DNA of 64,000 nucleotides, taken from assembly GCA_934122085.1 (NCBI GenBank), contig CAKOVS010000002.1:112868-176867 (forward strand), read 5' to 3'. The DNA is from an uncultured Clostridia bacterium (GTDB lineage Bacteria; Bacillota; Clostridia; TANB77; CAG-508). A model generated the notes under the pieces. The model had not been told where the DNA came from. It saw only the letters and a program-made list of their open reading frames with translations, and ran no database searches. A program made the position numbers and the translations under genes. Positions 27,899 to 36,499 of this stretch are shown one piece after another (within the stretch, counting starts at the first letter, position 1; each line of letters opens with the position of its first letter).

Positions 27899-27985
27899 TT
27901 TTTCTTTGATTTGTTCTCAAAGGGCTATCAATTGTAGCTTTTATATACTAGGAAGTTCAAAGAACTTTCCTAGCATATAAAAAAG
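27899..27985 (+). repeat. Intergenic repeat family, copy lacking the first hairpin
   Basis: TTTTTCTTTGATTTGTTCTCA joins directly to AAGGGCTATCAATTGTAGC, followed by TATATACTAGGAAGTTC-AAA-GAACTTTCCTAGCATATA. Relative to copy A, about 37 nt are deleted between CTCA repeats. Confidence 0.7.
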
Positions 27986-28106
27986 CGAGTCTAAGATTTT
28001 CTATCAAATGAAAATTTTAAGAAAATCTAAGACTCGCCATATTTATCTAGTACAGAAAGTCCTCCTACAAGGAGAACTTTCCTACTATATAAAAAAAGAC
28101 CTCAGA

Positions 28107-29252
28107 CTACTCTGAAATCTTTTCCTTTTTCAATTCAATCCAATCATTTATGATAATTTTAAGCACTGCAACCACAGGCACTGCTAGAAACATTCCTATA
28201 ACTCCAAAATATGCTCCTCCTATTGTTACTGCTACAATTACTAATAATGGACTTATTTCTAATGAATCTCCAATTATTTTTGGATTAATGATATTTGAAT
28301 CTATTTGTTGTAATATTATAACAACTAATGCCATCCAAAAAGCTTTTGATAATCCTCCCGTAATTAATGTTATTAATATACTTAAACCTACTGCTACTAT
28401 CGCTCCAAAGTATGGTATTATATTAAATAATCCAATCATAAATCCAAGTAATATAGAATATTTAACACCTATTATACTCATTGCTATTGTTACTAAAATT
28501 CCAACAACAACCCCATCTATTAATTGTCCACTTATAAATTTAAAAAATATTTGATTTGAATTATGTACATATTTACTTATTTTGTTACAATTTTTTTCTC
28601 CAAATATTACAATTGTTACATTTTTAAAAAATTCAATAATTTGTGTCCTTTGTAGTAATATATATATAGATACTATTATTGTTACAAATACATCAAAAAT
28701 ACCACTTGCAACTCCTAAAGCTCCTTTTACATATTCAGTAATTTTTTCTGGATTTATGTATTGTTTCAAATCAATATTTTGAATATTAACTCCTATTTCT
28801 TTTATTGCTTCTGTTACTTTTTCATTTTTCAAAAATGAATCTTCTGGTAATCCATTTAATTTATTTATTGTTGCATTCCAATAATTTTGAAAATTGTTTA
28901 CTAATTCAATTATACTTTCTGTTACTACTGGTAATATAACATTTACTAATAATATTATTAATATTATTGCAATTGCAAGTGTTATGAAAACGCTTAAGCC
29001 TCGAGCTTTCTTTTTCAAAAATTTCTTTTTTGACTTCAATAATTTTTTTTCAATTCTTGATGCAGGGATATATAACAAATATGCCATCAAAGTTCCTGCT
29101 AAAAATGGTGATATTACTCCAACAAATTTTCCTATTGCATTTCCTATTGCAGTAAAATTATCTAGAAATTTATAAACTAAAATTATTGCAACTGCTAACA
29201 AAAACCAATACATCCATTTTGAAAAATTCTTTTTTACTTCATTCATTCTCAT
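28107..29252 (-). CDS. AI-2E family transporter (UPF0118/PerM-like)
   Basis: 8-TM topology and the conserved C-terminal GGAYFGVIGMFLAVPVVAVLKII. Confidence 0.85.
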   Translation of the reverse strand: MRMNEVKKNFSKWMYWFLLAVAIILVYKFLDNFTAIGNAIGKFVGVISPFLAGTLMAYLLYIPASRIEKKLLKSKKKFLKKKARGLSVFITLAIAIILIILLVNVILPVVTESIIELVNNFQNYWNATINKLNGLPEDSFLKNEKVTEAIKEIGVNIQNIDLKQYINPEKITEYVKGALGVASGIFDVFVTIIVSIYILLQRTQIIEFFKNVTIVIFGEKNCNKISKYVHNSNQIFFKFISGQLIDGVVVGILVTIAMSIIGVKYSILLGFMIGLFNIIPYFGAIVAVGLSILITLITGGLSKAFWMALVVIILQQIDSNIINPKIIGDSLEISPLLVIVAVTIGGAYFGVIGMFLAVPVVAVLKIIINDWIELKKEKISE

Positions 29253-29260
29253 CTCTCCTC

Positions 29261-30010
29261 TTATTCAATTTCCAATCCTACAGGACAATGATCACTTCCA
29301 AATACTTTTGTATATATTGTTGCATCTTTTATTTTTTCTTTAAAATCATTTGAAACAATAAAATAATCAATTCTCCATCCTACATTTTTTTCTCTTGCAT
29401 GTCCCATATATGACCACCAACTATATTCTATTTTTTGTGGGTATAAATACCTATATGAATCTATAAAACCAGAATTTAATAACTCAGTCATTTTTCCTCT
29501 TTCTTCATCTGTGAAACCTGCATTTCCTTTATTTGTTTTTGGATTCTTTAAATCTATTTCTTCATGTGCTACATTTAGGTCTCCACACATAATTACTGGT
29601 TTTTTTTTATTTAATTCTAATAAATATTTTCTTATTTCATCTTCCCATATCATTCTATATTCTAATCTTTCAAGTTCTCTTTTGGCATTTGGAGTATAAT
29701 TTGTTACTAAATAAAATTCCTTAAACTCTAGTGTTATTATTCGTCCTTCTTTATCGTGTTCTTCTATTCCAATTCCATATGTTACTTTTATTGGTTGCTT
29801 TTTAGTAAATATTGCTGTTCCAGAATATCCTTTCTTTTCTGCACTATTCCAATAACTTGTATATCCTTCAAATTCTAATTCAATTTGTTCTGGTTGACAT
29901 TTTGTTTCTTGCAAACAAAATATATCTGCATCTATATTTCTAAAAAATTCTGAAAATCCTTTTGTTAAACATGCTCTTATTCCATTTACATTCCATGATA
30001 TTAGTTTCAT
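29261..30010 (-). CDS. xth: Exodeoxyribonuclease III
   Basis: Shows MKLISWNVNGIRA, CLQETK, GDLNVAH and the SDHCPV endonuclease/exonuclease/phosphatase motifs. Confidence 0.95.
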   Translation of the reverse strand: MKLISWNVNGIRACLTKGFSEFFRNIDADIFCLQETKCQPEQIELEFEGYTSYWNSAEKKGYSGTAIFTKKQPIKVTYGIGIEEHDKEGRIITLEFKEFYLVTNYTPNAKRELERLEYRMIWEDEIRKYLLELNKKKPVIMCGDLNVAHEEIDLKNPKTNKGNAGFTDEERGKMTELLNSGFIDSYRYLYPQKIEYSWWSYMGHAREKNVGWRIDYFIVSNDFKEKIKDATIYTKVFGSDHCPVGLEIE

Positions 30011-30071
30011 ATATTTCCTCCATAAATGAATTATAACATATTATTATATAAAATAAAAGAATTGTAGGTAA

Positions 30072-30150
30072 TTTTTCTTATTTGTTCTTGCCCGATTTGA
30101 GTTTCTGGGTGAAGCTATGAAATCTCAAAGAGTTAGCAATTGTAACTTAT
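30072..30150 (+). repeat. Intergenic repeat family, 3-prime-truncated copy
   Basis: Reads TTTTTCTTATTTGTTCTTGCCCGATTTGAGTTTCTGGGTGAAGCTATGAAATCTCAAAGAGTTAGCAATTGTAAC. The terminal inverted repeat is missing. Confidence 0.65.
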
Positions 30151-30299
30151 TATATAGTTATATATTTGAACTATCTTCTTTTTTATCTTGAGAAACTTTT
30201 TGGTCAGATTTATTTTTAGTTTCTTGTTATATTTCTTTAGAATTATTAGTATTGATTACTTGGTTTATATTTTTATTTTTGTTTACACTATATATGTAG

Positions 30300-30485
30300 G
30301 TGATAAAAGTGAAAAAATTAAAAATTGAAAAGAGTTCTAAGAATAATGACACAATAACAAGAACAATTAGAATGAGCGGAACAACATTTGACCAAATAAA
30401 TGAATTAGCCGAAAAAAATAATTTAAGTTTTAATAATGTAGTAAATCAATTAATAGAATATGGGCTTAATAATTTAGAAGATTAA
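30300..30485 (+). CDS. Ribbon-helix-helix (CopG/Arc-like) DNA-binding protein
   Basis: In TRTIRMSGTTFDQINELAEKNNLSFNNVVNQLIEYGL, a beta strand is followed by two helices. The start is probably the GTG at 30309, just after AGGTGA. Confidence 0.55.
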   Translation: MIKVKKLKIEKSSKNNDTITRTIRMSGTTFDQINELAEKNNLSFNNVVNQLIEYGLNNLED

Positions 30486-30505
30486 AATAGATCTAATTTT
30501 TAGGT

Positions 30506-30534
30506 TTGACAAATATAAAAAAAAATGCTATTAT
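30506..30534 (+). promoter_or_regulatory. Near-consensus sigma-A promoter (TTGACA-17-TGcTATTAT)
   Basis: TTGACA at 30506-30511, a 17-nt spacer, and an extended -10 TGCTATTAT at 30526-30534. Confidence 0.6.
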
Positions 30535-30540
30535 ATATTT

Positions 30541-30622
30541 AGCTTAAGCAAATGTGTCATAAGTCGTATTGACATATATTATGTACTGGTGTGTGTAACT
30601 GCAATTACACATACTTTTTTTA
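30541..30622 (+). ncRNA. Candidate ~80-nt sRNA (antitoxin-like), from promoter to terminator
   Basis: It starts downstream of the 30506 promoter and ends at a 10-bp stem (30589-30614) plus T7. It contains AAGTCGTAT-TGACATAT-AT-TATGTAC (30560-30586), complementary in trans to the RBS/start region of the minus-strand ORF at 30776. Confidence 0.45.
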
Positions 30623-30633
30623 TTTTCAAAAAA

Positions 30634-30659
30634 GCAGAAACACCTGCAATTGTTTCCGC
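30634..30659 (-). terminator. Intrinsic terminator for the convergent small-ORF transcript
   Basis: On the minus strand, GCGGAAACA-ATTGCAGG-TGTTTCTGC is followed by TTTTTTG. It abuts the sRNA terminator. Confidence 0.6.
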
Positions 30660-30674
30660 TTCCGACTAAATATG

Positions 30675-30776
30675 TTAGTCTTTGTCATTCATTTTTTCAT
30701 CTCTTAATTGATTGTTCTTGTCTTTTTCAGCAAGTAACATCTCAATTAATTGTAAGATTAAGTCGTATGATGACAT
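30675..30776 (-). CDS. 33-codon small ORF (candidate type I toxin-like peptide)
   Basis: Strong SD GGAAAGGGGGT lies 7 nt upstream of the ATG. Translation is MSSYDLILQLIEMLLAEKDKNNQLRDEKMNDKD. It has its own promoter (TTGAAA-17-TATATT, 30841-30869 on the minus strand) and terminator. Confidence 0.4.
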   Translation of the reverse strand: MSSYDLILQLIEMLLAEKDKNNQLRDEKMNDKD

Positions 30777-30972
30777 ATTATGTACCCCCTTTCCATCCTT
30801 AAGCAAGGACTACCTTTCTGTCAGTGAAAAGGTTACAAGTAATATACTACATTCGAATAGATATTTCAAGATATTTTACATAAATTTCAAAATCATTTTA
30901 TTTACACTTTATTCTTACATTTATACTTTGAGTTTAATTTGTTTATAATTCTTTTTAAATCTTTTTGCAAAA

Positions 30973-31203
30973 TTATTTCTCAACACATGTGGGTATATAT
31001 TTTCCTCTCTCTTTAGTGTTTTTAATATAATTTAAAATAATTTGTTCTGTTACTTGTTCTGTCTTTGTTACTTTGTATATATCTTGTAAATATCTAATAA
31101 ATAACCTTAATGTTTGCTCATAACTTAAAATAGTTCTTTGCGCTAAATTTTTATAATCACAATAACTCATAAAATCGTCTACTTCTAAATCAATTTTTTC
31201 CAT
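30973..31203 (-). pseudogene. Truncated tyrosine recombinase/phage integrase (N-terminal SAM-like domain only)
   Basis: MEKIDLEVDDFMSYCDYKNLAQRTILSYEQTLRLFIRYL...ILNYI is the core-binding domain. The ORF stops after about 76 aa and no catalytic domain follows. Confidence 0.65.
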
Positions 31204-31399
31204 AATAAAAACCTCCATATTCTTTTTCATGAATACTAGAGGTTAGGCAATAAATCTCTTATGTTTGTTGCATTAGTCTATTTGTATCTATTGGATTAAG
31301 TACTGATTTTTTATTAAATCTAGTGCAAAAAATGCAATCTGTATTTATTTATTGATATTACAAATTTCTGTATCTGGCTTCTCTCAAGTCTTTTAAATT

Positions 31400-32227
31400 T
31401 CACGCACTCTTAAGTTCAAGCCTTAATTTATCACTAATCATTGCTATAAACTCCGAATTAGTAGGCTTTCCTTTGGCTGCTGATATTGTATATCCAAATA
31501 TGTTTTCTACTGTCTTTTGTTCTCCTCTTCCCCATGCTACTTCTATTGCATGGCGTATTGCTCTTTCTACTCGTGATGGAGTTGTGTGAAATTTATTGGC
31601 TATTTGTGGATATAAACATTTTGTAATTTGATTTATAACATCAATATCATTTATAACCATAATAATTGCTTCTCTTAAATATTGATACCCCTTTATATGT
31701 GCTGGTACTCCAACTTCATGTATAACATTGGTAACTAATGCTTCAATATTTTCTTCTTTATTTGCTGAGTTATTTGGAATATCAATATATTGTGATTTAC
31801 TTATTCCTATTTCTCTTGAAATAAAATTATTGTTTTGTGATGATGGTTTGTAATTTTTTAATTCTCTTATTCTTGTTATAAGTAAATCTATATCAAATGG
31901 TTTTACAACATAATATTCAGCTCCAAGTTCAATTGCTCTTCTGGTTACTTTGTCTTGTCCAACTGCTGATAACATTATACAAATAGGTTTTTTGTTTAAT
32001 TTTATCATGTTCATTTGTTCTAAAACCCCTATTCCATCTAAATGTGGCATTATTACATCTAATAATAATACGTCTGGCATTAGACTAGATACCATATCTA
32101 AAGCTTCATTTCCATCTTTTGCTCTTCCCACAACTACCATATCTTCTTGATTTTTTAAATATGTTGCTAATGTTGTACTAAATTCTTGATTATCATCTGC
32201 TATTAAAACTGTGATTTTTTCTCTCAT
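31400..32227 (-). CDS. spo0A: Sporulation master regulator Spo0A
   Basis: A receiver domain (VLIADDN...[12 protein letters not shown]) plus the Spo0A-specific C-terminal domain ([19 protein letters not shown]...[17 protein letters not shown]...[12 protein letters not shown]). Confidence 0.95.
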   Translation of the reverse strand: MREKITVLIADDNQEFSTTLATYLKNQEDMVVVGRAKDGNEALDMVSSLMPDVLLLDVIMPHLDGIGVLEQMNMIKLNKKPICIMLSAVGQDKVTRRAIELGAEYYVVKPFDIDLLITRIRELKNYKPSSQNNNFISREIGISKSQYIDIPNNSANKEENIEALVTNVIHEVGVPAHIKGYQYLREAIIMVINDIDVINQITKCLYPQIANKFHTTPSRVERAIRHAIEVAWGRGEQKTVENIFGYTISAAKGKPTNSEFIAMISDKLRLELKSA

Positions 32228-32329
32228 GTTTTTTCCTCCTATTTTTCAATTGTAAAAAACTTACATTTTGGATTATATTATATTGAATTTAAGATTACAA
32301 TATATTTTTGGAAGTTTTTGACATTTCAA

Positions 32330-32968
32330 TCACTTATTTACTACTATATTTACTATTTTTCGACAACTTTCGACAATTCTTATTTTATTGATTTTTTGTT
32401 CTTCGATGTTTTTCAAAAAAATATCCTTTTTCTCTTTTTCCATTTCAATTTTTATTTTTATATTTTCTGAATAATCAATATTTATGATATTTATATCGTT
32501 ACTTTTACAATAATATTTAAAATTTTCTAAATTAGAATAATCTGTTTCTAATTCAATTTCAAAACCATCTTTTTGAGATACTAATTCGCTTTTTTGAATA
32601 GCTTTTTTAGTTGCATCTGAATATGCTCTAACTAGTCCACCTGTTCCAAGTAAAATTCCACCAAAATATCTTGTTACAATAACTATTATATTACATAAAT
32701 TACTTCCTTGTAATATATTTAGCATAGGAGCTCCAGCTGTTCCTGATGGTTCTCCATCATCACTTGATTTTTCAATTATTCTATCTTCTTCTATAATTCT
32801 ATAAGCTATGCAGTGATGTTTTGCATCATAATATTTCTTTTTTATTTTTTTTATTTTGTTTTCTGCTTCTTCCACATTTCTTACTGGATAAATATCTGCT
32901 ATAAATTTTGATTTTTTTTCAATAATTTCTGCTGTTTCATTTTTTAATATTGTATAAAATTCTTTCAT
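32330..32968 (-). CDS. yigZ: YigZ/IMPACT-family protein (UPF0029)
   Basis: Shows SKFIADIYPV...AKHHCIAYRI...DDGEPSGTAGAPML and a C-terminal DUF1949-like region. Confidence 0.85.
   Translation of the reverse strand: MKEFYTILKNETAEIIEKKSKFIADIYPVRNVEEAENKIKKIKKKYYDAKHHCIAYRIIEEDRIIEKSSDDGEPSGTAGAPMLNILQGSNLCNIIVIVTRYFGGILLGTGGLVRAYSDATKKAIQKSELVSQKDGFEIELETDYSNLENFKYYCKSNDINIINIDYSENIKIKIEMEKEKKDIFLKNIEEQKINKIRIVESCRKIVNIVVNK
32359..32375 (-). promoter_or_regulatory. Two tandem consensus 0A boxes (TGTCGAA) one helical turn apart
   Basis: The minus strand reads TTGTCGAAAGTTGTCGAAAA, with boxes at 32369-32375 and 32359-32365. They lie about 130-150 nt upstream of the spo0A start, inside the 3-prime end of yigZ. 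Confidence 0.5.
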
Positions 32969-34314
32969 TCTTCTAAATCTCCAACATGCATTCCTGCAGT
33001 GTAACCTGTTGAATATGCTATTTGTAAATTAAATCCTCCTGTATATGAATCTACATCTATTATTTCTCCAGCAAAATACAAACCTTTTACTAATTTTGAT
33101 TCCATTGTTTTTGGATTTATTTCTTTTATATTTATTCCTCCACTTGTTATAATTGCTTCTTCTACAGGTCTAAAGTCTTTTATTGTAAGTTCAAATTTTT
33201 TTAATACTTTTACTAAATTTCTTCTTTCTTCTTTTGTTATCTCATTAACTCTTTTTTCTTCATTTATTTCTGCTTTTTCAATTACAATAGGAATCATTTT
33301 TTGTGGTAATAATTTGTCTAATGCATGCTTAAATTGTTTATTTTTAAATTCTTTAAAATCTCTTAATATTCTTTCATCTAATTGTTCTTCTGTTAATGCT
33401 GGTTTTAAGTCTATTTGCAATTTTATTTTTTGTTCTTTCATTAAATTATCTATTTCTTTATATCTTACCAAATGTGCTGAACCACTTAAAATTGTAGGTC
33501 CTGAAATTCCAAAATGTGTGAATATCATTTCTCCAAAGTCTTCATATATTAACTTATTTTTTGATTCATCAATAAATTTTATTCCAACATTTCTTAAACT
33601 TAATCCTTGCATTTCTTTGCATTCATTCTTCTCATATATTACTAAAGGAACTAATGATGGTCTTATTTCTGTTACTTTATGTCCTATATTTTGAGCTATT
33701 AAATATCCATCTCCTGTTGATCCTGTTAATGGATAACTTTTTCCTCCTGTTGCTAGTATTATTTTATCTGTTTGAATTATTTCTTTCTCTGTCCTTACTC
33801 CTAATATTTCACCATTTTGTACTAAAATTTTTTGAACTCTTGTATTAAACAATTTTTTTATTTTTAATTCATTTATTTTGGATTTAAAACAATTCAATAC
33901 ATCTATAGATTTGTCTGTAACTGGAAATATTCTATTTCCTCTTTCTTCTTTTACTTCAAGTCCTTGATTTTTTAGGAAGTCTATTATATCTGTATTTGTG
34001 TAATTTTGAAATGCACTATATAAAAATTGCCCATTACCTGGTGTATTTTTTATAAATTCACTCATATATAATGAACTTGTTATATTACATCTACCTTTTC
34101 CTGTTATTAATAATTTTTTTCCAAAATCTGAATTTTTTTCTATTATAGTTACATTATTTCCGTATTCGACTGCTGTTATTGCTGCCATCATTCCAGCAGG
34201 TCCGCCACCTATTACAATTACATTTGCCATATTTTTTTTGTTAGACTTTTTGTCCAACTCCCTCCGTTCCTCATTATTACTTATTATATTAACAAATTTT
34301 TTATAAAAAATCAA
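32965..34314 (-). CDS. HI0933/YhiN-family FAD-dependent oxidoreductase
   Basis: VIVIGGGPAGMMAA is the dinucleotide fold, with the C-terminal GLYFAGEIIDVDSYTGGFNLQIAYSTG. The true start is probably internal (the ATG at 34230, MANVIVIGGG). Confidence 0.85.
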   Translation of the reverse strand: MIFYKKFVNIISNNEERRELDKKSNKKNMANVIVIGGGPAGMMAAITAVEYGNNVTIIEKNSDFGKKLLITGKGRCNITSSLYMSEFIKNTPGNGQFLYSAFQNYTNTDIIDFLKNQGLEVKEERGNRIFPVTDKSIDVLNCFKSKINELKIKKLFNTRVQKILVQNGEILGVRTEKEIIQTDKIILATGGKSYPLTGSTGDGYLIAQNIGHKVTEIRPSLVPLVIYEKNECKEMQGLSLRNVGIKFIDESKNKLIYEDFGEMIFTHFGISGPTILSGSAHLVRYKEIDNLMKEQKIKLQIDLKPALTEEQLDERILRDFKEFKNKQFKHALDKLLPQKMIPIVIEKAEINEEKRVNEITKEERRNLVKVLKKFELTIKDFRPVEEAIITSGGINIKEINPKTMESKLVKGLYFAGEIIDVDSYTGGFNLQIAYSTGYTAGMHVGDLEE

Positions 34315-34332
34315 ACAATTTCCTAAAAATAT

Positions 34333-34361
34333 CTTGACAAATCATCAAAAACATACTAAAA
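34333..34361 (+). promoter_or_regulatory. Sigma-A promoter for the tRNA-His/tRNA-Gln pair
   Basis: TTGACA (34333-34338), a 17-nt spacer, then TAAAAT (34356-34361). Confidence 0.6.
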
Positions 34362-34393
34362 TAATTACTGTGTTCACAAATGTACTAAACAAT

Positions 34394-34471
34394 GGTGGAT
34401 GTAGCGTAGTTGGTTAACGCGCCAGTTTGTGGCACTGGAGACCGTGGGTTCGAGTCCCATCTTCCACCCCA
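34394..34471 (+). tRNA. tRNA-His (anticodon GUG), with encoded G-1 and CCA
   Basis: Reads GGTGGATGTAGCGTAGTTGGTTAACGCG-CCAGT-TTGTGGC-ACTGG-...GGTTCGAGTCC...CCACCCCA, with anticodon loop UU-GUG-GC. Confidence 0.9.
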
Positions 34472-34509
34472 TATAATACCTTATATGTGTTATTTATAAT
34501 TTTATATAT

Positions 34510-34584
34510 TGGGCTGTAGCCAAGCGGTAAGGCATTAGACTTTGACTCTAACATGCGCTAGTTCGAATCTAGCCAGCCCAACCA
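34510..34584 (+). tRNA. tRNA-Gln (anticodon UUG)
   Basis: Reads TGGGCTGTAGCCAAGCGGTAAGGCA-TTAGA-CTTTGAC-TCTAA-...GCTAGTTCGAATCTAGCCAGCCCAACCA. Confidence 0.9.
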
Positions 34585-34657
34585 AAATAACGAGATATGT
34601 TAATATCTCGTTTATTTTTTATATCCCAAAAGGAACTATTTTCATAGTTCCTTTTGT

Positions 34658-36466
34658 TTATCTATCTATAGCTTTATTTTCAACTTCATTTTGAACTCTT
34701 TCAATAAATTCATCAATTGTCATTTCACCTAAATTAGCTCCATTTTTTCTTGCACGAACAGTTACAACTTGATTTTCTTGTTCATTTGCACCTATAACTA
34801 ACATATATGGAACTTTTTCAAGTTGAGCTTTTCTGATTTTATATCCAATTTTTTCATTTGAATCATCTAATTCAACTCTTATTCTCTTAGCTCTTAATTT
34901 TGCTTTTAATTCTGTACAATAATCAATTTGAGCATCTGTAATAGGTAATATTTTTACTTGTATTGGTGATAACCATAATGGGAATGCACCTTTTGTTTCT
35001 TCAATTAAGAATGATATAAATCTATCAGAAGATCCAAGTATAGCTCTGTGTATTACTACTGGTCTATGTTCTTTATTGTCTTCACCAACATATGTTAAAT
35101 CAAATCTTTCAGGTAATGCAAAGTCTAATTGACATGTTGGTATTGTAACATCATGATTTAATGCTGTTTTTATTTGAATGTCAATCTTTGGTCCATAGAA
35201 TGCTGCTTCTCCTTCTGCTTCATAAAAATCTATATTCATTTCTTTTAATATTGCTCTTAATTGTGATTCTGCTGTTTCCCACATTTCATCATTATCTATA
35301 TATTTTGCTTTATTGTTTTTATCTCTTAATGATAATCTGTATTTAAATGAATCTGCTGAAAATCCGAAGTCTTTTTGATATACTTCTTTTATTAATTTTA
35401 ATACATTTCCAACTTCTTCTTTTATTTGATCTGGTCTTACAAATAAGTGTGCATCATTTTGACACATTTGTCTAACTCTTTCAAGCCCACAAACAGCTCC
35501 ACTATTTTCATATCTAAAGTCATTAGCTAATTCACCTATTTTTATTGGTAAATCTTTGTATGAACGTTGTTTACTCTTATATACTAACATATGATGTGGA
35601 CAGTTCATTGGTCTTAATACCATTTCTTCATTATCTAATTTCATTGCAGGAAACATGTCATCTTTATAATGATCCCAATGTCCACTTGTTTTATATAATT
35701 GAACATTTGCAAGTGATGGTGTATATACATGACTATATCCTAAGTCTATTTCTTTGTCTTGAATATATCTTTCTAATATTCTTCTTATTGTTGCTCCATT
35801 TGGCAAATACATTGGAAGTCCTGAACCAACTAATTCATGTGTCATAAATAATTCAAGTTCTTTTCCTATTTTTCTATGATCTCTTTGTTTTGCTTCTTCT
35901 AATAATCTTAGATGTTCTTCAAGTTGACTTGCTTTTAAGAATGATACTCCATATATTCTTTGCATTGAGTCATTTTCTTGATTTCCTTTCCAATATGCAG
36001 CAGATGTTGTTAATAATTTTATTGCTTTTATTTTTCCTGTTCTATTTATATGTGGCCCTGCACATAAATCTATAAATTCTCCTTGTTTAAAGAATGATAT
36101 TGTTTCACCTTCTGGAAGTTCTTTTATTAATTGAACTTTATATGGTTCTTCTTTTTCTTCCATTAACTTGATTGCTTCTTCTCTTGATAATACACTTCTT
36201 TCTAATGGCAAATCTTCTTTAACTATTTTTTTCATTTCTTCTTCTATTTTGGCTATATCTTCTTCTGTGAATGGTTTTTCTACTCTAAAATCATAGTAAA
36301 ATCCATTTTCAATTGCTGGTCCTATTCCTAATTTTGTATTTGGATATAATCTTTTTACTGCTTGTGCTAATATATGTGATGTTGTATGCCATATTGTCTT
36401 TTGTAATTCTTCATTTCCTTCTTCCATATCTAAAATTTGTCCATCTTTTTGTATTGTTCTAATCAT
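34658..36466 (-). CDS. thrS: Threonine--tRNA ligase
   Basis: Second additional domain HTTSHILAQAV, class II motifs (RPMNCPHH, FRYENSG, QNDAHLF) and an anticodon-binding C-terminus. RBS GGGAGG. Confidence 0.95.
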   Translation of the reverse strand: MIRTIQKDGQILDMEEGNEELQKTIWHTTSHILAQAVKRLYPNTKLGIGPAIENGFYYDFRVEKPFTEEDIAKIEEEMKKIVKEDLPLERSVLSREEAIKLMEEKEEPYKVQLIKELPEGETISFFKQGEFIDLCAGPHINRTGKIKAIKLLTTSAAYWKGNQENDSMQRIYGVSFLKASQLEEHLRLLEEAKQRDHRKIGKELELFMTHELVGSGLPMYLPNGATIRRILERYIQDKEIDLGYSHVYTPSLANVQLYKTSGHWDHYKDDMFPAMKLDNEEMVLRPMNCPHHMLVYKSKQRSYKDLPIKIGELANDFRYENSGAVCGLERVRQMCQNDAHLFVRPDQIKEEVGNVLKLIKEVYQKDFGFSADSFKYRLSLRDKNNKAKYIDNDEMWETAESQLRAILKEMNIDFYEAEGEAAFYGPKIDIQIKTALNHDVTIPTCQLDFALPERFDLTYVGEDNKEHRPVVIHRAILGSSDRFISFLIEETKGAFPLWLSPIQVKILPITDAQIDYCTELKAKLRAKRIRVELDDSNEKIGYKIRKAQLEKVPYMLVIGANEQENQVVTVRARKNGANLGEMTIDEFIERVQNEVENKAIDR

Positions 36467-36499
36467 AATTATACCTCCCTATATTTTTGGATTTGCCAT

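Noticed and set aside
30675-30776. Calling the 33-aa peptide an Fst-family homologue
   Set aside because: Only the length and the locus architecture match. The peptide lacks a continuous hydrophobic TM segment and the conserved Fst residues, so only the architectural analogy is claimed.
30712-30948. ORF 30712-30948 (+)
   Set aside because: It has no RBS and implausible composition. The same DNA is better explained by the minus-strand promoter, leader and 33-codon ORF with a strong SD.
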